From a virus (lineage: Duplodnaviria > Caudoviricetes), in IMG/VR virus record IMGVR_UViG_3300012952_000019, positions 1 to 64,000 of that record: DNA of 64,000 nucleotides, one strand, 5' to 3'. This document shows, one piece after another, positions 1-10,009 of the stretch (its first letter is position 1; each line of letters starts with the position of its first letter). Position numbers and translations under genes: made by a program. Below the pieces are notes generated by a model. The model ran no database searches, was not told where the DNA came from, and saw nothing but the letters and a program-made list of their open reading frames with translations.

Positions 1-1
1 T

Positions 2-253
2 AATGTAAACTCTATTGATGTAGATTCAGCAGCAGTAGAAGCTTCACATTATATCACTTTAGGTACTACTAATGGTAATAATGAAGTAGATAGAATCACT
101 TCATTAGTCATCGGACCTGGTGAGACAGTTGTTGTTAAAAGCACGACTGCTAATAATGTATTTAATTTGATAGGATTCGAGGATTCAACAACCAGCTTCC
201 CAACTCAAACTTACACTGCTGGCTCTGATGGTGGCGGTGGCGGTGCACCATAA
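2..253 (+). CDS. 3' end of a virion structural protein (partial)
   Basis: Open frame from window start (NVNSIDVDSAAVEASHYITLG...GGGGAP) to TAA at 251-253; composition like neighbouring structural genes. Confidence 0.7.
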   Translation, partial: NVNSIDVDSAAVEASHYITLGTTNGNNEVDRITSLVIGPGETVVVKSTTANNVFNLIGFEDSTTSFPTQTYTAGSDGGGGGAP

Positions 254-259
254 TAAATA
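253..259 (+). promoter_or_regulatory. T4-type late promoter (ATAAATA)
   Basis: Match to the T4 gp55 late consensus TATAAATA core, about 20 nt before the ATG at 280. Further TAAATA copies at 4255, 4719, 5543, 21800, 32141, 34159, 36862 and 61070. Confidence 0.7.
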
Positions 260-279
260 ACTAAAAGGCGAATAGTTAA

Positions 280-3200
280 ATGTCCCTAACGAGATTAAAG
301 AATATTATTACGTCCAGAACTGGACGTATAATCTACGTAAACCCTGACGATTTTGACGCATCTGATGCTATTGATAATAGGGGTAACTCTGCATTGCGTC
401 CTTTCAAATCACTCCAAAGGGCATTTCTAGAGGTAGCAAGATTTTCATATAGAGTTGGTTTAAGTAATGACGAGTTTGATGCTTTTAGTATCATGCTCTA
501 TCCTGCTGAGTATGTGATTGATAATAGACCAGGCGAAGTATTATATACTAACGTTGCACCTATTGATGAAAACTCAAACTTAGATTTAACTTCACCTAAT
601 AACGTTCTTTATAAATTTAACTCGACTGAAGGTGGTATTATAGTTCCCAGAGGTTGTTCTGTTGTTGGAACTGACCTACGTCGTACAAAAATTATTCCAA
701 AATATATTCCATATCCAACAATCTATGCTGCAAAAGGTATTAACACCGAAGATCAAATACCACCAAGATCAGCTATCTTCAAGGTAACTGGTGGTACATA
801 TTTCTGGCAGTTCTCATTCTTTGACGGAGCAGAGGAAGGAGTATATTTCAAACCTGATTCTACAGAGACATTAGCACCTAAGTTTTCTCATCATAGACTC
901 ACATGTTTCGAGTTTGCTGATGGTCTTAATACTTTATCAAGTCTTATATCTAATGGAACAGTTCCAAACGCTGATTACTCAGCCGTTCCTAATATCTTAG
1001 AAAGAACTGACTTAGATATATACTACCAAAAGGTATCAAAAGCATTCGCAACAATTCCCGATACATCAGGTGACCCAAGTGCAGACCAAATACAGGCAAG
1101 AGTTGAGGAAAACAGAATCGTTGGTCCTATTTCTGATGAATATAGGGTATTACAGATTACAAGAAATGGTAACACTGCAACTGCTGTTACTGTTGATGAG
1201 TTTGACAACCCAAGAAATCACGGATTCTCTGTTGGTGTAAACATCAACGTTAGTGGTGTTACTGGATCAACAGGTCCTCAGTCAGAAGTTGACGCAAGTT
1301 TATATAACGGATCATTTACTGTTACATCTGCATCTGGAAACGTATTTACATATCAGATGTCAAGTGAACCAACTGGTAACGCAGTAGGTACAAACATTGG
1401 AGTTAAAACTGAGATTGATACAGTTGACTCTGCATCACCATACGCATTTAACCTGTCACTAAGATCAGTGTGGGGTATGAATGGTATGCATGCAAACGGT
1501 GCTAAAGCAACTGGTTTCAAATCAATGGTTGTGGCACAGTTTACTGGACTGTCACTACAAAAAGATGATAGAGCATTTGTAAGATATAATAGTTCGACTG
1601 GTAATTATGATGTGGCAACCGCAGGAGACGGTGCACACTTAGATGGATATGCTGAATATAGAAAAGGATGGGGACATAGACATATTGTTGCATCTGATGA
1701 TGCATTCGTTCAAGCGGTTTCAGTGTTCGCTGTTGGATACTATGGACACTTTACATGTGAGCGTGGTGCTGACATGTCAATTACTAATAGTAACAGTAAC
1801 TTTGGTAATACAGCGTTAAGAGCAGCAGGATTTAAAAAGAAATCATTCTCTAAAGATAAATCAGGTGCATTAACACATGTTATTCCACCTAAATCATTGA
1901 ATGTTATTTCTACCACAGCAACTGGTAGTAATGGTGCTAATACTATAACACTAGCTAATGATGGTAGTGTCAATGGTATTATTGAAGGTATGCTTGTTTC
2001 TGGAACAGGAATAGGTGAGGGTGCAACTGTAGGTGCTGTTAATACTAATACAAGAGTTATAACTCTTACTGTTGTTAATACAGCAGACTTAGCAAGTCAA
2101 AACGTTATTTTTGGAGAAGAGACATCTGTTAACTGGGTTAACATTGATATACCAAGAACAAAAGCAATTAACTCCTCACTAGCAGGACAAGGTGGAACAC
2201 CAGGCACAAGACTATACTTATATGGTTATGTGGTTGAACAGTCAGCACCAACAACAAGAGTTCAAGGTTATACTATTGGTGCTAGACAAGATGGTACTGG
2301 AGCAAGTGCAGTAGCAGATAAGATTAACTGTTTACTTGTAGCATCTGGTGCTAGTGAAGCAACTGTTCATTATGCTTCAATATCACCTTATGGTCCTAGT
2401 GTTTCTGGTGCTGCTGCAGGAACAGCTGGTTCACCAATACAATATGATGCAAATACATATACTATTAATGGTGTAGCAGGTCAAGTTGGTGGATGGTATC
2501 TTGCAGTTAGTTCTGTAAACAATACAATTTACACTACACTATCAGTTAATACCACTTATAATACTGTTAACTTTACTCCAACTACATTCCTTAAGAGAAT
2601 ACCTGACCCAAGAAACCTTGCTGACAGAACATATCGTGTAAGATACGTAATTGATAAAGATAAGACTAATCCATTACCAAGAGATCCTATCTCTGGTTAT
2701 GTTATGCAACCATTGAATAGTGATACTACATCATATTCATTAGATAAATGTTTCTATTTGTATGATATAAATGTTATTCAAGAATTTGAAAGAGGAACTA
2801 AAGATGGTATCTACTATCTAACTCTTCTTTGTGCATCTATAGCACCAAGTACATCTAATTTCAATGATAGATTCTTCTCTCAGAATGTTAACGAAGTTTA
2901 TCCTACATTTGACAGAGATAATCCACTTGCTGATCCTGACGCTGCTGTATCCATAGCTGATAACGTTACTATTGGATTAGTTAACGCAACAGATGGAGCA
3001 ACTCCACCTGCAATGGATCCTCAAAGATCAATTACTAAAGAATGCACAGAGTTCTTACTTACAGACACAGGTTGGACACAACCAGGTACTACACCTAACT
3101 ATGACTCAGTTAACAAAAGATTATCTAATATTGAATTAACTGCAAGAGCAGGTGATGAGGAAACTCGTAAAATTAATATTAGGGAGAACAATGATGGAAC

Positions 3201-4257
3201 AGTCGCACCAATCAACGTTGAGTTTAGACGACACTCAATCCTTAGATCAGGTAACCATACGTTTGAATACCTCGGTTTCGGTCCAGGTAACTACTCCACA
3301 GCATTCCCTCAGACACAGGTCGAGACTCTATCACAAAACCAAGTTAGATTCTCTCAGTCAATTAAGGAAGAAGGAGGAGTCAGTTTCTACTCTGGTCTTA
3401 ACTCCAACGGTGACCTATTCATCGGTAACCAGGTTATCAACCCAGTTACAGGTCAAATAACTAACGAAGATATTGCACAGTTGAATGTTATTGGTGAAGA
3501 GAACACAACTATTGAAACGTTCTCTGAATTGGTGTTAACTGATAAACTAACAGTTATTGGTGGTGCATCAAACCAGTTAGAATCTATTTTTGCAGGTCCT
3601 GTTACATTCCAGAAGCAAACAACATTCCAAGACAACTTGTCTTCAAGAAAAATTTCATATTATAACCAAGATGGTACTGTTATTAAACAGACGTTACTTG
3701 CACCAGAAAATGCAGCAGGAAACGCACCTGATTTATCATCTATAACAAACTATAATACACCAGGTGACGGTGACTTAGTTTATAATATTAACTGGAATCC
3801 TGGTAAATCACTTGGATGGATTTACTTTAATCAAGAGTGGAAAGAGTTTGGTCTTACAAACACTAAAGATATTAATATAGAAGAATATAGTGGTAATACT
3901 GTTCTTGGTTTAGGAACTGCACCTAACCAATACTATAGAGTCAAAGCACTTGGTAATATATTGATTGACGGTGACTTAGTTGTTACTGGTAATGGTGGTG
4001 TTGGTTCTGATAAGTATATTACCAGAACATATACTGGTGACGGTGTTACACTAACATTCGCACTGACAGTTTATACACCAGGTCCTAATGGTCCTATTCA
4101 GCACAGTGCTAGTTCAGTACTAGTATACTTAAATGGTGTTGCACAAGTTGGTGGCACTAATTATACAGTTGATAGTAATGGTGCTAACGTTGTATTTGGA
4201 TCAGGAGATGCACCTTTAGCAACTGATACAGTTCATATTGTTGAATTACCTATCTAA
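280..4257 (+). CDS. large virion structural / tail-associated protein (1325 aa)
   Basis: N-terminus MSLTRL...YVNPDDFDASD...RPFKSLQRA resembles cyanomyovirus structural proteins; Gly/Thr/Ser beta-rich; C-terminal 'YTGDG..TF.L...VYLNGV.Q...YTV' module; late promoter. Confidence 0.8.
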   Translation: MSLTRLKNIITSRTGRIIYVNPDDFDASDAIDNRGNSALRPFKSLQRAFLEVARFSYRVGLSNDEFDAFSIMLYPAEYVIDNRPGEVLYTNVAPIDENSNLDLTSPNNVLYKFNSTEGGIIVPRGCSVVGTDLRRTKIIPKYIPYPTIYAAKGINTEDQIPPRSAIFKVTGGTYFWQFSFFDGAEEGVYFKPDSTETLAPKFSHHRLTCFEFADGLNTLSSLISNGTVPNADYSAVPNILERTDLDIYYQKVSKAFATIPDTSGDPSADQIQARVEENRIVGPISDEYRVLQITRNGNTATAVTVDEFDNPRNHGFSVGVNINVSGVTGSTGPQSEVDASLYNGSFTVTSASGNVFTYQMSSEPTGNAVGTNIGVKTEIDTVDSASPYAFNLSLRSVWGMNGMHANGAKATGFKSMVVAQFTGLSLQKDDRAFVRYNSSTGNYDVATAGDGAHLDGYAEYRKGWGHRHIVASDDAFVQAVSVFAVGYYGHFTCERGADMSITNSNSNFGNTALRAAGFKKKSFSKDKSGALTHVIPPKSLNVISTTATGSNGANTITLANDGSVNGIIEGMLVSGTGIGEGATVGAVNTNTRVITLTVVNTADLASQNVIFGEETSVNWVNIDIPRTKAINSSLAGQGGTPGTRLYLYGYVVEQSAPTTRVQGYTIGARQDGTGASAVADKINCLLVASGASEATVHYASISPYGPSVSGAAAGTAGSPIQYDANTYTINGVAGQVGGWYLAVSSVNNTIYTTLSVNTTYNTVNFTPTTFLKRIPDPRNLADRTYRVRYVIDKDKTNPLPRDPISGYVMQPLNSDTTSYSLDKCFYLYDINVIQEFERGTKDGIYYLTLLCASIAPSTSNFNDRFFSQNVNEVYPTFDRDNPLADPDAAVSIADNVTIGLVNATDGATPPAMDPQRSITKECTEFLLTDTGWTQPGTTPNYDSVNKRLSNIELTARAGDEETRKINIRENNDGTVAPINVEFRRHSILRSGNHTFEYLGFGPGNYSTAFPQTQVETLSQNQVRFSQSIKEEGGVSFYSGLNSNGDLFIGNQVINPVTGQITNEDIAQLNVIGEENTTIETFSELVLTDKLTVIGGASNQLESIFAGPVTFQKQTTFQDNLSSRKISYYNQDGTVIKQTLLAPENAAGNAPDLSSITNYNTPGDGDLVYNINWNPGKSLGWIYFNQEWKEFGLTNTKDINIEEYSGNTVLGLGTAPNQYYRVKALGNILIDGDLVVTGNGGVGSDKYITRTYTGDGVTLTFALTVYTPGPNGPIQHSASSVLVYLNGVAQVGGTNYTVDSNGANVVFGSGDAPLATDTVHIVELPI

Positions 4258-4286
4258 ATAAATACAAGGGGTTAGAGGTATAATCT

Positions 4287-4721
4287 ATGGCAATTACCAG
4301 AATTAGCGGAAACCAAATAGCAGATACTACAGAGGCAGTTATTACTACTCTTAGTTTTCTGAATACTAATAGTGTTTTCCGATTACCAACAGGAACCGAA
4401 GCTCAAAGACCATCAGGTGTTTCTATAGGAACTATGCGTTTTAATACTACTGCTGATAGTGCAGAAGTATATGCAAATGATGATGGATCTGGTAGTGCAG
4501 GATGGATTGAAGTTGGAGCTGGTGGTGCTGTTGTTGGTGATAAAGGACAGATTAGATGTAACAATGATACCATTGAAGAAAACATTGATCTAGATCCATC
4601 AATAGGTAATGAATTTAAAGTTGGGTATATGGCAGGTGACGTTACTATTGGTAATGGTTACACTCTAGGCATATTGTCAGGAGCTACGCTATATATGATA
4701 GGTTCTGATCCTTACACCTAA
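4287..4721 (+). CDS. small tail-fibre-associated structural protein
   Basis: LPTGTEAQRP...GTMRFNTT...EVY motif common in T4-like fibre proteins; CTAAATA upstream. Confidence 0.7.
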   Translation: MAITRISGNQIADTTEAVITTLSFLNTNSVFRLPTGTEAQRPSGVSIGTMRFNTTADSAEVYANDDGSGSAGWIEVGAGGAVVGDKGQIRCNNDTIEENIDLDPSIGNEFKVGYMAGDVTIGNGYTLGILSGATLYMIGSDPYT

Positions 4722-4745
4722 ATAGTTTTATAAATCGGATAGAAA

Positions 4746-5549
4746 ATGAGTACACTACGAGTTGCTGCTATTAAAGATTTGACAGGGAATACTGGCTTCG
4801 TTCTGTCAGCTACCACTGTGCAGATGAATAACACATTGGTGATACCAGGAACAATACAGATTAATGGTAGTATAACTGGATCTACAAACAGCATACTTCC
4901 ATCACACTCTGGTCAAAATGGTAAGATGTTATATTCCAATGGAACAAGTCCTTATTGGGCAGATCCCCCATCTGCAGATAACATCTCAAGTATGAGTGTC
5001 TTTACATCATCAGGTACTTGGAATAGACCATCAGATGTTAAATTTATTAAAGTTCAAGTTATCGGTGGCGGTGGAGCTGGCGGTGGACATGGAGAAGGTG
5101 GTGGTGCAGGTGGATATTCAGAAGAAGTTATAGACGTTACAAGTATAAGTTCTGTTAGTGTTACAGTATCAGGAGAATCAGGAGGAACATATTACAGAGG
5201 TGGAGCAGGTAATGGAGGTTCATCTTCATTCGGTTCTTACCTATCAGCATCAGGTGGATATGGTGCTAATAGAAATCACCAACATTGTGGTGGTTTAGGA
5301 GGAACAGGTTCTGGAGGAAACTTAAACATATATGGTGGTGGAGGAGACTCTCATCATGGTCGTTCATCAGTTGGTGGTGGAGGATTCTGGGGTGGTGCTG
5401 TAGCAGGTGGACATCCTCAAGGTGGAAACTTCAGTCATAATCATGAATCACACTCATCACCTGGATCAGGTGGTAGTGGTGGTTACTTTAACTCACATAG
5501 AGGGTCTAACGGTAGACCTGGTTTAGTCGTTGTTACACACTTTAAATAA
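4746..5549 (+). CDS. Gly-rich tail fibre/adhesin-like protein, paralog 1
   Basis: LPSHSGQNGKML.SNG linker, then FTSSGTW.RP...V.VIGGGG.G...GGGAGG glycine-rich domain ending GRPGLVVV. Confidence 0.75.
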   Translation: MSTLRVAAIKDLTGNTGFVLSATTVQMNNTLVIPGTIQINGSITGSTNSILPSHSGQNGKMLYSNGTSPYWADPPSADNISSMSVFTSSGTWNRPSDVKFIKVQVIGGGGAGGGHGEGGGAGGYSEEVIDVTSISSVSVTVSGESGGTYYRGGAGNGGSSSFGSYLSASGGYGANRNHQHCGGLGGTGSGGNLNIYGGGGDSHHGRSSVGGGGFWGGAVAGGHPQGGNFSHNHESHSSPGSGGSGGYFNSHRGSNGRPGLVVVTHFK

Positions 5550-6383
5550 ATGAGTAGTTTAAAAGTCCTTAACATATATGATGTGTCTGGTACGTGTGGA
5601 CTTATCAGAAATGGATCTAATTGGGAAATCAACACTACAAATGGTGCTGACGAAAAATTAACAGTTAACACTCTACAAATAGATGGTAGTGTTACTGGTA
5701 ATCAATCAGCAAGATTTTTACCATCACAGTCTGGTCAATCAGGTAAGGTGTTAAAATCTAATGGTAGTTCTGGTTACTGGGAAACATATGTGGGACCTCA
5801 AGGAAACCTAACTAGTATGAGTGTGTTCACATCAGGTGGCACATGGTCACGTCCATCAGGAGTTCGTTATGCTCACGTCCAAGTTATTGGAGGTGGAGGA
5901 GGTGGCGGTGGTCACGGTGAAGGTGGAGGAGCAGGTGGCTACTCCGAAGAGATTATAAATGTTGAAGGTCTATCAACAGTATCAGTAAGCGTATCAGGAG
6001 AAGCAGGTGGAACATATTATCGAGGAGGTGCTGGCAATGGGGGATCCTCATCGTTCGGATCTTATTTGTCAGCTTCTGGTGGTTATGGTGCCAACAGAAA
6101 TCATCAACACAACGGTGGTCTTGGAGGCATTGGATCAGGGGGTAATCTAAACATCTATGGTGGTGGTGGAGATCAACATCATGATGGAGGATCATCAAAT
6201 GCCAACTCTGGAAGAGGATTCTGGGGTGCTTGTGTAGCAGGTGGTCACCCTCAAGGAGGAAACTTCAGTCATAATCATCAAAGTCATTCACCACCAGGTT
6301 CGGGTGGAAATGGCGGTTACTTTAACAGTCATAGGGGTTCTAACGGACGACCTGGCTTAGTTGTTGTAACACATTACTTATAA
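5550..6383 (+). CDS. Gly-rich tail fibre/adhesin-like protein, paralog 2
   Basis: C-terminal ~185 aa nearly identical in protein sequence to 4746-5549. Confidence 0.75.
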   Translation: MSSLKVLNIYDVSGTCGLIRNGSNWEINTTNGADEKLTVNTLQIDGSVTGNQSARFLPSQSGQSGKVLKSNGSSGYWETYVGPQGNLTSMSVFTSGGTWSRPSGVRYAHVQVIGGGGGGGGHGEGGGAGGYSEEIINVEGLSTVSVSVSGEAGGTYYRGGAGNGGSSSFGSYLSASGGYGANRNHQHNGGLGGIGSGGNLNIYGGGGDQHHDGGSSNANSGRGFWGACVAGGHPQGGNFSHNHQSHSPPGSGGNGGYFNSHRGSNGRPGLVVVTHYL

Positions 6384-6386
6384 ATA
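6379..6386 (+). promoter_or_regulatory. T4 late promoter TATAAATA (perfect)
   Basis: Exact consensus overlapping the stop of 5550-6383. Confidence 0.8.
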
Positions 6387-6409
6387 ACAAAGAGGTATTA
6401 CTCAGGCAA

Positions 6410-6910
6410 ATGAAAAAAGTTTTAGTATCAGTTGAAGGTCGTGCATTACAAATTGTCGAACCTGGTCAAGAATTTGAAATTTATAATGGTCCAGATGCTA
6501 AGTTCGTCTGGGTTGACGTAGACAATGACAACATTACTCTAGATTGGACTCTAGAGTACTCACCCGCACAAGGTAAAATGGTGTGGATTGAGAGGGATGG
6601 TAGTTATACTGATCCAGGTATGGCTCGCCAAGTTGCGTATGGAGAGGTGGGCGAACAATTAGACATGCTCTACAGAGACATCGCAGCAGGTAAAAGTTTA
6701 GATGCAACAGATGCAGAGTGGTATCAGCATGTAAAAAATGTGAAGGGGACTTATTCCAAACCAGTTGCTAAATCAGTACCAGCAACACCAACGGAATTGA
6801 AATCATATTCAGAGACAGAAGAACCAGGTGTAGATAAATTCCCTAAAATGTCTTATGAGGAATTACCTGCATGGAAGAGATATGATGGGTGGACAGATCC
6901 AAATGCATAG
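6410..6910 (+). CDS. tail-fibre-associated protein (possible assembly chaperone)
   Basis: Y...R..AY..V.EQLD.LY.DI...W...V..VK..Y.KP motif, typical of proteins next to marine phage fibre genes; the function is inferred. Confidence 0.55.
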   Translation: MKKVLVSVEGRALQIVEPGQEFEIYNGPDAKFVWVDVDNDNITLDWTLEYSPAQGKMVWIERDGSYTDPGMARQVAYGEVGEQLDMLYRDIAAGKSLDATDAEWYQHVKNVKGTYSKPVAKSVPATPTELKSYSETEEPGVDKFPKMSYEELPAWKRYDGWTDPNA

Positions 6911-6918
6911 TGTATAAT
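6890..6918 (+). promoter_or_regulatory. sigma70-like promoter for the halogenase/oxygenase operon
   Basis: TGGACA (6890-6895) - 17 nt - TATAAT (6913-6918), 21 nt before the ATG at 6940. Confidence 0.6.
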
Positions 6919-6939
6919 ATATACTAGATTGCTTATATT

Positions 6940-8358
6940 ATGAAGGTTAATAAAATTTGCATCGTAGGAGGTGGCACTGCAGGTTGGATGACCGCAGCCA
7001 CCTTTTCGCATTTAAACCCTGATAAAGAACTTACATTAATAGAGTCACCTAACGTTCCTACTATAGGTGTAGGTGAATCTACTACTCAATTTATTTCAGA
7101 TTGGTTAAGACTACTTGATATAAAACCTGACGATTGGATGGAAGAATGTGATGCTACTTACAAGTATAGTGTCAGGTTTGAAAATTTTTCTGCAACAGAA
7201 GGAGCATTTCATTATCCTTTTATAGACATCATAGAAACCGAATCATTAGCTATATCTAATTGGTTTGTAAATAAAACATTAACAGATTGTCCTGTAGATA
7301 CTTTTGCAAAGTTCTATTGCCCTCAATACAAATCTATTGTAGAGAATAGAATTATTCAACAGGATGTTGATTTTTATAATCATAAAGTACATAGAGGATA
7401 TCATATAGACGCAGCAAAGTTTGCTAACTGGTTAAGAATTAATAAATGTCAGAAAGTCAATCATATCATTAAACATGTTGATAAAAGTATTCTCAATGAA
7501 GATTATGATTTGTTTGTAGATTGCACAGGATTTAAGAGTCTACTGTCAGAAATGTATGACTATGAGAACTGGGATAAGTTTGATAAAGAATTACCTAACG
7601 ATAGAGCATGGACAGTAAGATTACCTTATACAAATAAATGTGAACAACAAAGAGTTTATACTAATTGCACTGGTATGGACAATGGATGGGTATGGAATGT
7701 TCCATTAAGAAGTCGTATCGGAACAGGATATAATTTCTCATCTAAATTTGTGAGTGATGAAGATGCACTAGAAGAATTTAAAAAACATTTAGGTTATCCA
7801 AAAGAAACTCTATCAGATTATAGATTAATTAAATTTAGAACTGGACTATCAGATAAACCTTGGAGAGGTAAAGTATTATCAATAGGACTAAGTGGTGGAT
7901 TTATTGAACCATTAGAGAGTAATAGTTTATTAAGTGTACATGACTGGTTAATTGAAGCATCTAAGGTGTTAACCCAACCAGTAATCAGAAAAGCAGACAT
8001 CAATTTCTTTAATACATATGTTAGAGAGAAGTTTATCAACTTCAAGAACTTTGTAGCAATGCATTATCATCTCTCTACAAGAGAAGATACACCATACTGG
8101 AAGTATCTTACTCAAGAGTATGAATCTGATCCATATTCTAAACTTCCTTTAGAACACTGGACAATGGGCAATTTATATGGAGCTGCTTTCATATGTGCAG
8201 GACATAATTATAACCCTTTTGATAGAGTTATGCTAGAATTACTAGAGAAGGATGGTAAATTTAATAGACAGGGATATTTCTCTGTTGCCAACTTTGACCA
8301 CTATGATAAATTACAAGAATCTTTTCCCTTTGCAGTAGATTATTATGAAAGTAACTGA
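6940..8358 (+). CDS. prnA: flavin-dependent (tryptophan) halogenase family protein 1
   Basis: GGGTAG FAD motif, IGVGEST, CDATYK (catalytic Lys position), GWVWNVPL (WxWxIP-like), GFIEPLES. Confidence 0.9.
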   Translation: MKVNKICIVGGGTAGWMTAATFSHLNPDKELTLIESPNVPTIGVGESTTQFISDWLRLLDIKPDDWMEECDATYKYSVRFENFSATEGAFHYPFIDIIETESLAISNWFVNKTLTDCPVDTFAKFYCPQYKSIVENRIIQQDVDFYNHKVHRGYHIDAAKFANWLRINKCQKVNHIIKHVDKSILNEDYDLFVDCTGFKSLLSEMYDYENWDKFDKELPNDRAWTVRLPYTNKCEQQRVYTNCTGMDNGWVWNVPLRSRIGTGYNFSSKFVSDEDALEEFKKHLGYPKETLSDYRLIKFRTGLSDKPWRGKVLSIGLSGGFIEPLESNSLLSVHDWLIEASKVLTQPVIRKADINFFNTYVREKFINFKNFVAMHYHLSTREDTPYWKYLTQEYESDPYSKLPLEHWTMGNLYGAAFICAGHNYNPFDRVMLELLEKDGKFNRQGYFSVANFDHYDKLQESFPFAVDYYESN

Positions 8359-10009
8359 ACCAGATCATTTTATGGAGTTTGAAAACTTTGATCCTTACAA
8401 GGGTAAGATTGAAAGTGTAATTATTGTTGGTGGTGGGTCATCAGGATGGATGACAGCAGCAGCATTATCAAAGTTATGTCCTCAGTTAGAGATTGCTTTA
8501 GTTGAATCACCAGATATTAAAACTATTGGTGTAGGTGAATCAACTTTAGGTCATTTTAATCAATATTTACAACTGTTAGATTTAAAAGATGAAGATTGGA
8601 TGCCAGCTTGTGATGCAACATATAAAAATGGCATACAATTTACTAACTTTAGAGAAGGAAAGGAAGAAGTATTTCAATATCCATTTTATTCTAATTATGA
8701 TTTTACTTTTGCTAACGCAGGACTTAATACATGGGCTCATCTAGCAACACATTATCCAGAAGATTTTCCACCAGAATCGTTTGCAGAATTTTATTGTGCT
8801 AATACTTTCTTATGTAATGAGAATAAACAAACTAGAAATAGTGATGGTGTAACTAGAGATTTTGATTTCACAAGACATACTGCATATCATTTAGATGCAA
8901 CAAAATTTGGTATCTATCTTAGAGATAAAATTGCATTGCCTAACGGTGTTCAACATATTAAAGGAGAGATAACTGGTTATCAATCAATGTATGAGCAACC
9001 TAATGACCATACAATTAGTTACTTAATTATGGATGGTGTTAATGCACTACAGGCAGATTTATATATTGATTGTACAGGATTTAAGTCACAACTATTAGGA
9101 ACATATCAGAGCATACCTTTTTATCTTTGTGATAAAAAACTTGCGAATGATAGTGCATGGGCTGCTCGCATTCCTTATGAAGAAGAGACAAGAGAAAAAG
9201 AAATGCGTAATGTAACTGATTGTTGGGCTATGCCTAACGGTTGGACATGGGATATACCATTATGGAATAGAATTGGTAAAGGATATGTTTACTCAAGTAG
9301 ATTTTGTAAGAAGGAGCAAGCAAGGCATGATTTTCTAGAACATCTTAAATATAAAGTTGGTGATAAGAGAGCAAATGAAGCAGAGTTATTCCATATTGAT
9401 ATACAACATGGAAGAAGAGAAAGAGCATGGGTTAATAATGTAGTTGGTATAGGATTATCATACGGATTTGTAGAACCATTAGAGTCTACTGGTCTGTTAA
9501 CAACACATGAGAATATACTTAGACTAGTATCAGTTTTAAATCAAAGGGATGGATATGTAACAAGAACAGAGAAAGAAGGATTTAACTGGATATGTAATTA
9601 CACAGTTGATAACTTTATTGATTTTGTTGGAATGCATTATGCATTCTCTATGAGAACTGATACTCCATATTGGAGGTGGTGTACACAACAAAACTTCTAT
9701 AATCCAGAATCAGTAACAGTAAACGTTCCTATGCATCAAAGTATAGAACAGTTTTGTTCATCTACACTAGGAGAAGGATGGCATGTAAACATGAATGGAA
9801 TACCATTTATAGCTGCAGGTCATGGAATCAAATCTACATCATATTTAAAACGATCATTATATCAACTAGAAGAGAATAGGTTAGAACTAGATCAATTAGC
9901 AGATGTTAGAGGAAAGTATTTGCAATGGAAAGATTACTATAGTAAATACGTTGCACAATTACCTACACATTATGAATTCTTGAGAGACGAAATATATGGG
10001 ACTCCTTAA
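8345..10009 (+). CDS. prnA: flavin-dependent (tryptophan) halogenase family protein 2
   Basis: GGGSSG, IGVGEST, CDATYK, GWTWDIPL, GFVEPLESTG. Confidence 0.92.
   Translation: MKVTEPDHFMEFENFDPYKGKIESVIIVGGGSSGWMTAAALSKLCPQLEIALVESPDIKTIGVGESTLGHFNQYLQLLDLKDEDWMPACDATYKNGIQFTNFREGKEEVFQYPFYSNYDFTFANAGLNTWAHLATHYPEDFPPESFAEFYCANTFLCNENKQTRNSDGVTRDFDFTRHTAYHLDATKFGIYLRDKIALPNGVQHIKGEITGYQSMYEQPNDHTISYLIMDGVNALQADLYIDCTGFKSQLLGTYQSIPFYLCDKKLANDSAWAARIPYEEETREKEMRNVTDCWAMPNGWTWDIPLWNRIGKGYVYSSRFCKKEQARHDFLEHLKYKVGDKRANEAELFHIDIQHGRRERAWVNNVVGIGLSYGFVEPLESTGLLTTHENILRLVSVLNQRDGYVTRTEKEGFNWICNYTVDNFIDFVGMHYAFSMRTDTPYWRWCTQQNFYNPESVTVNVPMHQSIEQFCSSTLGEGWHVNMNGIPFIAAGHGIKSTSYLKRSLYQLEENRLELDQLADVRGKYLQWKDYYSKYVAQLPTHYEFLRDEIYGTP

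Noticed and set aside
4746-6383. Paralogous fibre genes as a diversity-generating retroelement TR/VR pair
   Set aside because: Both are intact ORFs, differences are mostly synonymous and not adenine-specific, and there is no reverse transcriptase in the window
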